This document shows positions 19,110 to 28,185 of a stretch of 64,000 bases of DNA, piece by piece. How positions within the stretch are numbered: position 1 is the first letter of the stretch; every line of letters starts with the position of its first letter. The position numbers and the translations under genes are program-made. Source of the stretch: a virus; IMG/VR virus record IMGVR_UViG_3300025732_000026, positions 1-64,000 of that record; one strand, 5' to 3'. The notes below the pieces were generated by a model that was not told the DNA's origin, searched no databases, and saw only the letters and a list, made by a program, of their open reading frames with translations.

Positions 19110-20154
19110 TTTAATATATAGTGCGTGGGGCATAACGAGCGAACCAACAAAAAATCTAATAAATCAAATTAGAATTTTAAATACAACAGATTCTAAAATT
19201 AATTTATTAACTAATGCTACTACAGATTCTGGTAAAAAGTATATTGAAAATATTGCTAATATAAAAATTAGAGAGCAAATAAATTTATTTTCTAATTTTT
19301 ATGAAAACAGAGTGAAAAAACTAGAAAATTGGATTCAAGTATATGATGAATTAAATGTTTGTGATTTAGAAAAATATGATGCTTTTTATATTTTCGGTGG
19401 AATATTTTCTAGTGCCTCTAAATTAAGGCGTGGAACTGATAGAAATTATGTTTTTCCTAGAGACAATGGTCAGTTAAGATTTGAAAGTATTGGCAAACAT
19501 TTGCTAAATATTTTAGCGGTACTTAAAGCGCATACTGATTATTGTATTCCTATCCATGATATTTGTTATGATCCATTAGAATATTCTTTAAGTTTATTTC
19601 ATCCAGATTATCAACCAAAATCAAATTATTTTTTATATCATGGATATGATATGCCAGCATATAATATGCATCGATTAGATTCAATGCAATATTATTTAAA
19701 TTTCAAAAAAAAGTTTTTTCAAATAGAAAAAACTTTAGATTTCGTTTTTGGTATGACAGTAATGGAAGCAGATAGAATGTCATATTATGAGTATGCAGAT
19801 TTATTTTCTAAAAAGTTTCAAAGGAATTTTTTTGTAGCAAATAATAAATTTAATAATATTAATACATTTGTCGATAGAGATAAATATTTAAATTTTATAA
19901 GCGCATCAAAATACACATTGATTTTACCGGCATATGATACTAATTCATTCTCAATATATAGATTGATAGAATCGTTATCAAATGATTGTTTGCCATTTAT
20001 ACATCAAGATTGTATAATAGATGATGTTGAAAAATCGTTTAATGTTGATCTGAGTATGTTAAAAACTGATAAGATTTTTTCAGAATCACAACGATTGGAA
20101 ATATTAGAATATCTTAAAAGTAAAATTTTAGTTGTTGAAAAATTATTTAAATGA
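19099..20154 (+). CDS. Putative GT-B glycosyltransferase, T4 beta-glucosyltransferase-like
   Basis: C-terminal SASKYTLILPAYDTNSFSIYRLIESLSNDCLPFI resembles the BGT nucleotide-sugar binding segment; size (351 aa) is similar. Confidence 0.55.
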   Translation: MKNSLIYSAWGITSEPTKNLINQIRILNTTDSKINLLTNATTDSGKKYIENIANIKIREQINLFSNFYENRVKKLENWIQVYDELNVCDLEKYDAFYIFGGIFSSASKLRRGTDRNYVFPRDNGQLRFESIGKHLLNILAVLKAHTDYCIPIHDICYDPLEYSLSLFHPDYQPKSNYFLYHGYDMPAYNMHRLDSMQYYLNFKKKFFQIEKTLDFVFGMTVMEADRMSYYEYADLFSKKFQRNFFVANNKFNNINTFVDRDKYLNFISASKYTLILPAYDTNSFSIYRLIESLSNDCLPFIHQDCIIDDVEKSFNVDLSMLKTDKIFSESQRLEILEYLKSKILVVEKLFK

Positions 20155-21011
20155 CAAATCCTAGTTATCCTGTTTATATAGTTTCTAAGAAAAGATCAGA
20201 TTCAATGTTTACATCTCGTTCTTTGACTAGGATGAAAGTTCCACATTATATTGCAATCGAACCCCAAGATTTGGAAAATTATCAATTAGCTTTAGATAAT
20301 TTTAATTTGAGAAACTTTGCAACATTATTGATATTGCCTTTTAGTAATCATGGCGATGGCCCAGGTAGAGCAAGAAATTGGTGTTGGGATCATGCGATCA
20401 GTTTAAATACAGAAAGTCATTGGGTGTTGGATGATAATATTCAAGATTTTTATAGGCTACATTTAAATCAGAGAATCAGGGTAGAATCTGGATGTATTTT
20501 TAAAGCGGCAGAAGATTTTGTCGACAGATTTGAGAATGTTCCAGTAGCGGGATTCCAATATAGATTTTTTGTTGCGCCTAATAGTTATTATCCACCTTAT
20601 GTTAAAAATACTAGAATATATTCTTGTCTATTGATTAGGAATGATTGTAAACATCGTTGGCGTTCGCGTTATAATGAGGATACGATACTATCATTAGATG
20701 TATTAAAAGACGGTGATTGCACTATTCAATTTAATGCTTTTTTACAAGGAAAAGTAGCAACTCAGACAGTTAAGGGCGGCAATACAGATGAATTTTATGA
20801 CCGTGAAGGCACACTAAATAAATCTAAAATGTTAGTTGATGTTCATCCAGATGTATCAAGATTAGTTTACAGATATGGTAGATGGCATCATCATGTTAAT
20901 TATGAACCTTTTAAAAAAAATAAATTGATACTTAAATCTGGATTAAATATTCCAAAAACTATTAACAATTATGGAATGAAATTGGTAACAAATTATTCAG
21001 AAAATACTTGA
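20151..21011 (+). CDS. GREB1/TAGT-like GT-A glycosyltransferase (DNA-modification type)
   Basis: PVYIVSK, ARNWCWD, HWVLDDNI, TRIYSCLLI, RYNED, KGGNT, RWHHHVNY motifs. Confidence 0.75.
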   Translation: MTNPSYPVYIVSKKRSDSMFTSRSLTRMKVPHYIAIEPQDLENYQLALDNFNLRNFATLLILPFSNHGDGPGRARNWCWDHAISLNTESHWVLDDNIQDFYRLHLNQRIRVESGCIFKAAEDFVDRFENVPVAGFQYRFFVAPNSYYPPYVKNTRIYSCLLIRNDCKHRWRSRYNEDTILSLDVLKDGDCTIQFNAFLQGKVATQTVKGGNTDEFYDREGTLNKSKMLVDVHPDVSRLVYRYGRWHHHVNYEPFKKNKLILKSGLNIPKTINNYGMKLVTNYSENT

Positions 21012-21036
21012 TATTTTGAATTGATTGTGATATACT
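21008..21036 (+). promoter_or_regulatory. Sigma70-type promoter with extended -10
   Basis: TTGATA-17 nt-TATACT with TG upstream of the -10; no ORF directly downstream. Confidence 0.65.
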
Positions 21037-21042
21037 GTGTAT

Positions 21043-21146
21043 AGGTTGATAGTTCTTCGCAACTATTATCCTTAAGAAGATTGGATGAGACTATCATTCC
21101 CTCCCATGATAGAAAGTCAACATCGATAAAGTTTGATCCTTGAATC
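21043..21146 (+). ncRNA. Candidate structured small RNA
   Basis: Two hairpins (GATAGTT/AACTATT; CTATCAT-TCCCTCCC-ATGATAG) immediately downstream of a promoter. Confidence 0.45.
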
Positions 21147-21596
21147 TCATTCAATCTTCTTTAAATTTATAATATCATGTTGAAATTCTTCTCTTTTTAC
21201 CCAGTTGCGATAAACTTTACTTCTGATATTATCATTTAAGAATTTATCTGTTAGTAGTGCATTATAATGGTATAACATACATTCTTCCGCATATAATAAT
21301 TCACCTTTTGATTGACAAAAGAGAAGAATTTCTCTATTAAAAACTTTTGGACTTTCTATGTTGATTATGTCTTTAATAGAAGGGGAAGAAGAGTGATATG
21401 ATAACCAATCAGATTCTACTTTAATTTTTTTTCTTTTTTTATTGATTGTTTTTATTTTAGATTGATATAGTAATTTTCTACCGATATATTTTTGCCCGGT
21501 TTTCTTGTATGTTAAAATGTAAATAAATCCTATGGAATTTGGTGGAATTTTATCAATCGAATCTATAATGTTCTGTTTATATGTCCAAGGATTCAT
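21147..21596 (-). CDS. GIY-YIG family nuclease
   Basis: GFIYILTYKKTGQKYIGRK, ESDW..Y.SS and FLNDNI motifs. Confidence 0.8.
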   Translation of the reverse strand: MNPWTYKQNIIDSIDKIPPNSIGFIYILTYKKTGQKYIGRKLLYQSKIKTINKKRKKIKVESDWLSYHSSSPSIKDIINIESPKVFNREILLFCQSKGELLYAEECMLYHYNALLTDKFLNDNIRSKVYRNWVKREEFQHDIINLKKIE

Positions 21597-21639
21597 GTTG
21601 ACTTTTTAGTTGACTTGATATATGATATGATATTAATTC

Positions 21640-21647
21640 TATTTATA
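21640..21647 (-). promoter_or_regulatory. Late promoter for the GIY-YIG gene
   Basis: TATAAATA on the minus strand, ~45 nt upstream of the start. Confidence 0.55.
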
Positions 21648-21658
21648 TTGGACGGTAT

Positions 21659-21916
21659 ATGTCAGACGGTTTAAATGATTCATGGATAGATATTCGAAAA
21701 ATCAATTTTGAAAAAAAACTTAAAATAATAGAATCGAAGAAAAAGAAAGTTGTTGTTAAATTTTTAATAGAATTGCAGGATTCGGTGTCAAAATTTCAGA
21801 AATCTAATCCAACATTAACTAAAAAACAATGGGAACTGTTAGGAGATATTGAAAAGAATTTGAATAAAATTTTTAAAGAACCTAAAATTGTTGTGGGCGA
21901 AGATCAAATTGATTAA
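21659..21916 (+). CDS. Hypothetical protein
   Basis: ORF only. Confidence 0.5.
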   Translation: MSDGLNDSWIDIRKINFEKKLKIIESKKKKVVVKFLIELQDSVSKFQKSNPTLTKKQWELLGDIEKNLNKIFKEPKIVVGEDQID

Positions 21917-21951
21917 TTTTCCAGCATTATGAAATTTAATAGGAGAAATCA

Positions 21952-22161
21952 ATGCATTGCGATATTTCTTGGGCTATAGCATCTTTTATATTTTATTTGA
22001 TGTTAATGGTGGTATCATCTTTTTTAGTTTTATATGTAAATGATAGATCATCAACCGATGGAATAATTTCTAAATTTGCAATTCTACCAATACTTGTATT
22101 GATGGTATCTTTTACTGTATATGTAATGTTAGATTTTTATTTTGTGTGTTTTCTTAAATAG
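21952..22161 (+). CDS. Small membrane protein (two TM helices)
   Basis: SD AGGAG; two hydrophobic stretches. Confidence 0.6.
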   Translation: MHCDISWAIASFIFYLMLMVVSSFLVLYVNDRSSTDGIISKFAILPILVLMVSFTVYVMLDFYFVCFLK

Positions 22162-22186
22162 TATTTATTAAATAATTCTTGAGAGT

Positions 22187-22372
22187 ATGAAATTTTTAGA
22201 AGCTTGTAGAAATACATGTGAAGCATCTTTTGTGAAAAATTTATTAATTCGATTCTTTTCAAAGAAAAGAAAAGAAAGAGATGATTTGTTGGATTGCAAT
22301 GTTATAATAGGTAAATGGTTTGGCAAGGATTATTTTATCGATTACGAAAAATCGGAGATTAATAATGATTGA
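22187..22372 (+). CDS. Hypothetical protein
   Basis: ORF overlapping the next gene. Confidence 0.45.
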   Translation: MKFLEACRNTCEASFVKNLLIRFFSKKRKERDDLLDCNVIIGKWFGKDYFIDYEKSEINND

Positions 22373-22724
22373 TGTGCAGACTGCGAGAAGTATTTTAAAT
22401 GAATTTCAAAATGAGTTTCAATGCGATAAATTCGCTACTATTAAGAATATAGATGAGAATGATTTTGATCTATATTCCGGTGATTATGGCAATTTCTCAG
22501 ATGCGGAATTTTTACCAGAGTATGAAGAAAAATTTAATAGATTATCCGAGTTTATTATGGCACATGATAAATTTGTAGTATATGATAATGATTTAGATTT
22601 TATCTATGATGCTAATCCAAATAGTGATGATAGTGATATTGAGCTATGTATTAAGTATCTAAATCAATTTATCAATAAAATTGAAGCAGAGCAAAATATG
22701 ATACATCATATGTCAAAGGATTAA
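22365..22724 (+). CDS. Acidic hypothetical protein
   Basis: ORF 22320..22724; likely start MIDVQT after GGAG. Confidence 0.55.
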   Translation: MIDVQTARSILNEFQNEFQCDKFATIKNIDENDFDLYSGDYGNFSDAEFLPEYEEKFNRLSEFIMAHDKFVVYDNDLDFIYDANPNSDDSDIELCIKYLNQFINKIEAEQNMIHHMSKD

Positions 22725-22829
22725 CGTGGAATTATTATATAATTTTCTATCGATAATGTTTACTATTTTCGGGATAATATTTGTATACGTGATTTTGGTG
22801 AATATTAAGAATATTTTTAAAGATAATTC

Positions 22830-22857
22830 TTGACAGTAAGAAATTTTTCTGTATAAT
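22830..22857 (+). promoter_or_regulatory. Sigma70-type early promoter
   Basis: TTGACA-16 nt-TATAAT. Confidence 0.75.
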
Positions 22858-22895
22858 TAAATCATATTGATTAATTATTGAAGAGGGATTATAAA

Positions 22896-23471
22896 ATGTT
22901 TTCAGTAAATACATTAAAAGCTGCAAGTAATTTTTGTATATCTAAAGGTGTTGTGAGTAAATCTTATACAAATATTAATTTATATCGTAGAAAAGGTTTT
23001 CTTTATATTATTTCAGTAGATGGTCCATCAATGTTAGTTCAACGATATATTGATTCTGAACAAGTTGAATCTAGTGAATTTTCATTTCACAATAGTTTAG
23101 TTAAAGATTTATCATCTAAATCATATTTTACTATAAGTGATTCTAAATTAGTGATTGCAGATGGTATCAATGTAAATGTTCCACTAGAACAATCAACAAT
23201 GAGTTTTGAAGCAATATGCAGAGTTATACCAAAAAATATAAGTAATGAACCTTCAGATTTCGATTTCAGAATATTGGATAAATTTGAAAAGGTGTCAAAA
23301 ATATTGACAATTGGTCGACCCTTTCTTTCACAAAATGGTAAAACTGGAACTTCGATAGTTAATTTCTTGAAAACAGATAATGTCTTTGGTGTTATTATGC
23401 CGCTTAGACTATTTAAAGAAAATGAAGAGAGGGTTGTTATTAATGTTGATGATATGTTAATGCTTGATTGA
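22896..23471 (+). CDS. DnaN (beta clamp)-related short protein
   Basis: ISVDGPSM, FEAICRVIP and GVIMPLR echo DnaN VATDGHRL, FPDYRRVIP and VIMPMR. Confidence 0.45.
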   Translation: MFSVNTLKAASNFCISKGVVSKSYTNINLYRRKGFLYIISVDGPSMLVQRYIDSEQVESSEFSFHNSLVKDLSSKSYFTISDSKLVIADGINVNVPLEQSTMSFEAICRVIPKNISNEPSDFDFRILDKFEKVSKILTIGRPFLSQNGKTGTSIVNFLKTDNVFGVIMPLRLFKENEERVVINVDDMLMLD

Positions 23472-23510
23472 ATGTTATCAATGTATGTGATTGGATTAGA
23501 TATAGAATGA

Positions 23511-25124
23511 TTAAAGATTTATGAAATACACTTTTTGGCCACAATCAAATATTCTGATCCAATCGTTGTTGAAGCAATTTTCTTCTTCTGTAAGCGTATC
23601 GTCAAAATTATCAAATATATTTTTTAATTTATGTTTTTGAAATTCTTGCCTATTTTTGATTAATCCAGATTTATAGTAAACATATCCTGGTTTGGATTGA
23701 TGTGAATATTGAAATCCGGATTTTTCATATGAAGTGCCATCGAATAATCTTAAATCACAGAAAGTTTGAATTGATGTAATATTATGATTTTTGACTGCGT
23801 GTTTCAGTAGTTTTGAAAATCCACCTATAATATTAGTGTTTATTAGATTGCAATATCGTAATAGTTCATGTGAATATTTCTTATCGAATCTCGATTTACC
23901 AAATCCAATAACAGCAACTAATTGTTTATTATATGTTAGTCCATATCGAATAGATGAATTAACATTGCCTTGAATATGATTATATTCTAAAAATTCTTTA
24001 TATGTATTCGAATTTAGTGGAATAATTTCGCATTTTCTTGCATAAATTCTTTCATTTAGTTTTAGATTTGATTTTATTATTGATTTAATAATATCTTGTT
24101 TTTGTAACCATTCAGTATCCCATATTTGAAGTAATTTGATATTTTGATCTTTGCATAAATTATATTTTATTAAGTGTCTATTTTCATCTTCAGCGTGAAA
24201 ATACATCCCATTAAATTCGATACCTAAATTATAATCTGGAAGATAAATATCGATTTCTTTAGGTTTGATGATTGTTCTATCGTTTATTTTTAAATTAGGA
24301 ATTCCTAATGACGATATAAAATCCTGTATTTCTTTTTGTTGTTTTCCAAATTTGGTCGAAAAGAAATTTATTTCTATATTATGTTGCTTAAACCATAGAT
24401 ATACTGCCCTATATGTCACTTGTAAATCTTTGGCAATATCAGTTATTGTTTTAGTTTTATTTTGTTCTTTTAGCCATTCTTTATTCCTAAGAGCATAATA
24501 TGCTTTTTCATTTTTTGATTTTAATATTTCATCGTTTGCATTTTGAATTTTTTCTTTTATTTCGGGCACTAAACACGTATGTTCATATCCATATTTTTCT
24601 AAATTTGTTTGTTTTGCTTTATCTATGTTATTATATTTTTCGTTGCCATATCTATCTAGTTTAGTTTTTTTTATTTTTCCAACAGATTCTTGTGTTTGAA
24701 AATAGTATTCTACACCATATTTTTTTAGATTAGATTCTTTTAACTTTTCTTGTAATTTTGAATAATCATTGTTAGTTTTTATTTTTAAATTTCTTTCATC
24801 CGATTGAGTTGAACAGTATTTCGAACAATAGTCATAATATCCATCATTAAATGTATTGAAGTTTACTGTATTTGATTGGCATGTTTTACAAATAGGAATT
24901 GTGGAAAGACCATTGATAATATGATAAATTCTTTCTGAGAATAAACAATCTTTAGATAAATGCTGTGTCGATGCTAATATATCATCATAGATTTCTTTGA
25001 TATTCTTGTTGATCCACCAAGATTCAAGACACACTCTATTGTTTAATCCTGATCTACCTTTTTTGGTAAAACAGTTTGCTTCGATCCAATCTTTTTTGTT
25101 GTTTAAATAAATTTGATATTGCAT
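23511..25124 (-). CDS. Putative free-standing homing endonuclease (Hef/Vsr-like)
   Basis: CxxC...YCSxxC, KYG repeats, EIDIYLPDYNLGIEFNGMYFH, IWDTEW, RIFDCG motifs. Confidence 0.75.
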   Translation of the reverse strand: MQYQIYLNNKKDWIEANCFTKKGRSGLNNRVCLESWWINKNIKEIYDDILASTQHLSKDCLFSERIYHIINGLSTIPICKTCQSNTVNFNTFNDGYYDYCSKYCSTQSDERNLKIKTNNDYSKLQEKLKESNLKKYGVEYYFQTQESVGKIKKTKLDRYGNEKYNNIDKAKQTNLEKYGYEHTCLVPEIKEKIQNANDEILKSKNEKAYYALRNKEWLKEQNKTKTITDIAKDLQVTYRAVYLWFKQHNIEINFFSTKFGKQQKEIQDFISSLGIPNLKINDRTIIKPKEIDIYLPDYNLGIEFNGMYFHAEDENRHLIKYNLCKDQNIKLLQIWDTEWLQKQDIIKSIIKSNLKLNERIYARKCEIIPLNSNTYKEFLEYNHIQGNVNSSIRYGLTYNKQLVAVIGFGKSRFDKKYSHELLRYCNLINTNIIGGFSKLLKHAVKNHNITSIQTFCDLRLFDGTSYEKSGFQYSHQSKPGYVYYKSGLIKNRQEFQKHKLKNIFDNFDDTLTEEENCFNNDWIRIFDCGQKVYFINL

Positions 25125-25245
25125 ATTGATTTTTTATTTTAGATATGATATTATAGTATATTGGGTGTAAAATAGCAAGATAAATATTATGATATGTGAT
25201 AATTCTATATAATGATTTTAGATAATTTTATATAGGATTTTTTTA

Positions 25246-26061
25246 ATGGAAATAAAAGTTAATATTGATGAATTAAAGAAAAATAAACTTTTTGTGGCGA
25301 CTCCGATGTTCGGAGGTCAGTGTAATGGTTTGTATATGAAATCATGTCTTGATTTACAGAATTTGATGAGTAGATATGGTATTGAAACTAAGTTCAGTTT
25401 TCTATTTAATGAAAGTTTAATTCAACGTGCCCGTAACTATTTAACAGATGAATTTCTTCGATCTGGTTTTACTCATATGTTATTCATAGATGCTGATATA
25501 CATTTTAATCCACAAGATATTATCGCATTAATGGCATTGGATAAAGATGTTATCGGAGCGCCATATCCTAAAAAATCTATAAACTGGAATAATGTTAAAC
25601 AAGCAGTATTGAATAATCCAGATATTGATCCTAAAGAATTAGAGAATGTTGTTGGTGAATATGTGTTTAATGTTGTTAATGGCACACAATCATTTAATGT
25701 GACAGAACCATTAGAAGTAATGGAAATTGGTACTGGATTTATGATGATTAAACGACACGTTTTTGATAAGCTAAAAGATGCGTTTCCTAAACTGGCATAT
25801 AAACCAGATCATGTTGGACAAGCAAATTTTGATGGTAGTCGATTTATTCACTCTTATTTTCCTGTAGAAATTGATACTCCTGATGGAATATTAGGTAATG
25901 GCAGTTATAGACTTCTCAGCGAAGATTATTTCTTCAATCAATTGTGGCGAAAAATTGATGGGAAAGTGTGGCTTTGTCCTTGGGTTAAACTCGGTCACGT
26001 GGGAACATACGAATTCAAAGGTAATATGAGTTCTGTCGCAGCACATACTGGCAAATTGTAA
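25246..26061 (+). CDS. GT-A fold glycosyltransferase
   Basis: FVATPMFGG, ESLIQRARN, LFIDADI (DxD), GTGFM, LSEDYFF motifs. Confidence 0.8.
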   Translation: MEIKVNIDELKKNKLFVATPMFGGQCNGLYMKSCLDLQNLMSRYGIETKFSFLFNESLIQRARNYLTDEFLRSGFTHMLFIDADIHFNPQDIIALMALDKDVIGAPYPKKSINWNNVKQAVLNNPDIDPKELENVVGEYVFNVVNGTQSFNVTEPLEVMEIGTGFMMIKRHVFDKLKDAFPKLAYKPDHVGQANFDGSRFIHSYFPVEIDTPDGILGNGSYRLLSEDYFFNQLWRKIDGKVWLCPWVKLGHVGTYEFKGNMSSVAAHTGKL

Positions 26062-26083
26062 ATCATAGAGCATTAAAGCATTC

Positions 26084-26119
26084 AGAGAAAGTGATTATTT
26101 TATAATCACTTTCTCTTTT
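26084..26119 (+). terminator. Rho-independent terminator-like hairpin
   Basis: AGAGAAAGTGATTAT-TTT-ATAATCACTTTCTCT followed by TTT. Confidence 0.7.
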
Positions 26120-26255
26120 CTATTATAGACATCATTTATTGAATAAAAATCAAACTAATTTTTAGGCTGTTTTCTTTTATTGGGAAAATCTGACTTGCTA
26201 TATTCTTCTCATTATGTTAGAATGTTTTAAATTATAAACTTAGGTGGAATTTGAT

Positions 26256-26528
26256 ATGAAAGAAATAGAATCTTTTGTGATTAAATCTTATGTGCTTGAA
26301 GAAAATATATTAACGATTCAAGCACAATTGGAAGGGAATAATAATCCAGTAGATAATCTATATTCTTATGATTTGAATAAGATTGAATGTTTTACATTCA
26401 TTTTTAAGAAATATTTTGAAAATTTTGTTGTATTAGAATCCTTCGTTCAGCAACATTTTAAAGGTTCTCAAGCTAGAGAGATATATAATGCAATTTATGA
26501 TTATAAGGTAAAAACTGCTAAATGTTAA
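26256..26528 (+). CDS. Hypothetical protein
   Basis: ORF overlapping the kinase start. Confidence 0.5.
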   Translation: MKEIESFVIKSYVLEENILTIQAQLEGNNNPVDNLYSYDLNKIECFTFIFKKYFENFVVLESFVQQHFKGSQAREIYNAIYDYKVKTAKC

Positions 26529-27160
26529 TAGGATTAGTTGGATTCGCTGGTTCTGGTAAAAATACTGTTGCCAATATTCTAAAAGAAGAGTATAATTTCC
26601 AACAATCATCATTTGCAACAAAACTCAAAGACATTGTTGCAATTTTATTTAATTGGCCAAGAGATTTGCTCGAAGGGATTACTGAAGAATCACGAATTTT
26701 TAGAGAAACGAAAGATGAGTATTGGAGTAATATTCTTGAAAGAGATGTTACTCCGAGATTTGTATTACAATATATCGGCACAAATATATTTAGAGTACAT
26801 TTTCACTCAGATTTTTGGATTCATTCATTGTTCTCGGAATTGGATTTAACTAAAAATAATGTAATATCCGATGTTAGATTTAGAAATGAGATATTAGCAA
26901 TAAAAGATTATGGTGGTATTATTCTTAGAGTGAAACGCGGCGATGATCCAATTTGGTTTAATAAATTATATTCTGCGCCATTAGTGGAAGGTATTCGTGA
27001 AGAAATCATGAAGAAATATAATTCACATCAAAGCGAATATGATTGGATATTGCCATGCTATACTGAAACAATTCATAATGATCGTGGAATAGATGATCTG
27101 AGATTATATGTAGAAACATGTATGAATAGAATTGGATTAATTGAAGGAGTTAAATTATGA
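26522..27160 (+). CDS. gp1: Deoxynucleoside monophosphate kinase (gp1-like)
   Basis: GFAGSGKNT, SFATKLK, TPRFVLQYIGT, ISDVRFRNE, HQSE motifs. Confidence 0.88.
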   Translation: MLIGLVGFAGSGKNTVANILKEEYNFQQSSFATKLKDIVAILFNWPRDLLEGITEESRIFRETKDEYWSNILERDVTPRFVLQYIGTNIFRVHFHSDFWIHSLFSELDLTKNNVISDVRFRNEILAIKDYGGIILRVKRGDDPIWFNKLYSAPLVEGIREEIMKKYNSHQSEYDWILPCYTETIHNDRGIDDLRLYVETCMNRIGLIEGVKL

Positions 27161-28167
27161 GTCAAGAAAAAGCTTTAGTTTTAAGAACGTGTAAAGCAGA
27201 CGGAACAAGTTATGGTGACTTTCAGTGGCCAACGGAGATTGGCTCGATTGTCAAATGTCCAGATTGGAAACCGACGAAAGAATGTGGAAACGGACTTCAT
27301 GGATTGCTGGATGGTCTTGGTGATCTTTTTCTATTGTCTAGCTCTATTGATGCCATTTGGCAGGTAGTTGAAGTTGATCGGTCGCAATGTATTGAACTAG
27401 GCGGAAAAGTCAAATTTCCTGAGTGTAAATTGGTGTATTCTGGGGATATGCTTGGTGCATTGATGCTGTTTGTTGACTATAACGTACAGCAATTGAAATC
27501 TGATGATGATTGTGCTGGATTAGTATCAACTGAAGATTATAGTCATTTAGCAGCATCTGGATATAATAGTCGATTAGCGGCATCTGGATATTATAGCCAA
27601 TTAGCTGCATCTGGAACAAACAGCCAATTAGCTGCATCTGGAAATAATAGTCAATTAGCTGCATCTGGAACAAACAGCCAATTAGCTGCATCTGGAAATA
27701 ATAGCCAATTAGCTGCATCTGGAAATAATAGCCAATTAGCTGCATCGGGGGATTTTAGTAGAATAGCGGCATCTGGATATTATAGCCAATTAGCTGCATC
27801 TGGAACAAACAGCCAATTAGCTGCATCTGGAACAAACAGCCAATTAGCTGCATCTGGAAATAATAGCCAATTAGCTGCATCTGGAAATAATAGTCAATTA
27901 GCCGCATCGGGGGATTTTAGTAGAGTAGTGACATCTGGATATTATTGTCGATTATCTGCATCTGGAAAAGGATCAATTGTAATGTGTGCAGGAGACGCAA
28001 ATACAGTTTCAGCAGGGGAAAATGGTACAATTGTGTTATCTAAGTGGAATAATATTGCGAAAAGACATGAAGTACGAGTAGGATATATTGGAGAGAATGG
28101 TCTAAAACCTAATGTTGCATATGAATTAGATCAAAATTTTGAATTTGTAGAATTTGTTGGAGTTTAA
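27157..28167 (+). CDS. Phage repeat (beta-solenoid-like) protein
   Basis: N-terminal FQWP...ECGNGLHG domain, 16 x 9-aa SQLAASGxx repeats, C-terminal GYIGENGLKPNVAY. Confidence 0.75.
   Translation: MSQEKALVLRTCKADGTSYGDFQWPTEIGSIVKCPDWKPTKECGNGLHGLLDGLGDLFLLSSSIDAIWQVVEVDRSQCIELGGKVKFPECKLVYSGDMLGALMLFVDYNVQQLKSDDDCAGLVSTEDYSHLAASGYNSRLAASGYYSQLAASGTNSQLAASGNNSQLAASGTNSQLAASGNNSQLAASGNNSQLAASGDFSRIAASGYYSQLAASGTNSQLAASGTNSQLAASGNNSQLAASGNNSQLAASGDFSRVVTSGYYCRLSASGKGSIVMCAGDANTVSAGENGTIVLSKWNNIAKRHEVRVGYIGENGLKPNVAYELDQNFEFVEFVGV
27541..27972 (+). repeat. 27-bp coding tandem repeat, 16 units
   Basis: Consensus AGCCAATTAGCTGCATCTGGAAATAAT with variable last two codons. Confidence 0.95.
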
Positions 28168-28185
28168 TTTTTAATAGGAAAATGT

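Noticed and set aside
21081-21124. Hammerhead ribozyme (GATGA...GAAA)
   Set aside because: The core reads TGGATGA instead of CTGATGA, and stem II lacks the G-C closing pair.
27541-27972. CRISPR-like regular repeats
   Set aside because: The units are contiguous 27-mers in frame with no unique spacers; this is a coding tandem repeat and no cas genes are present.
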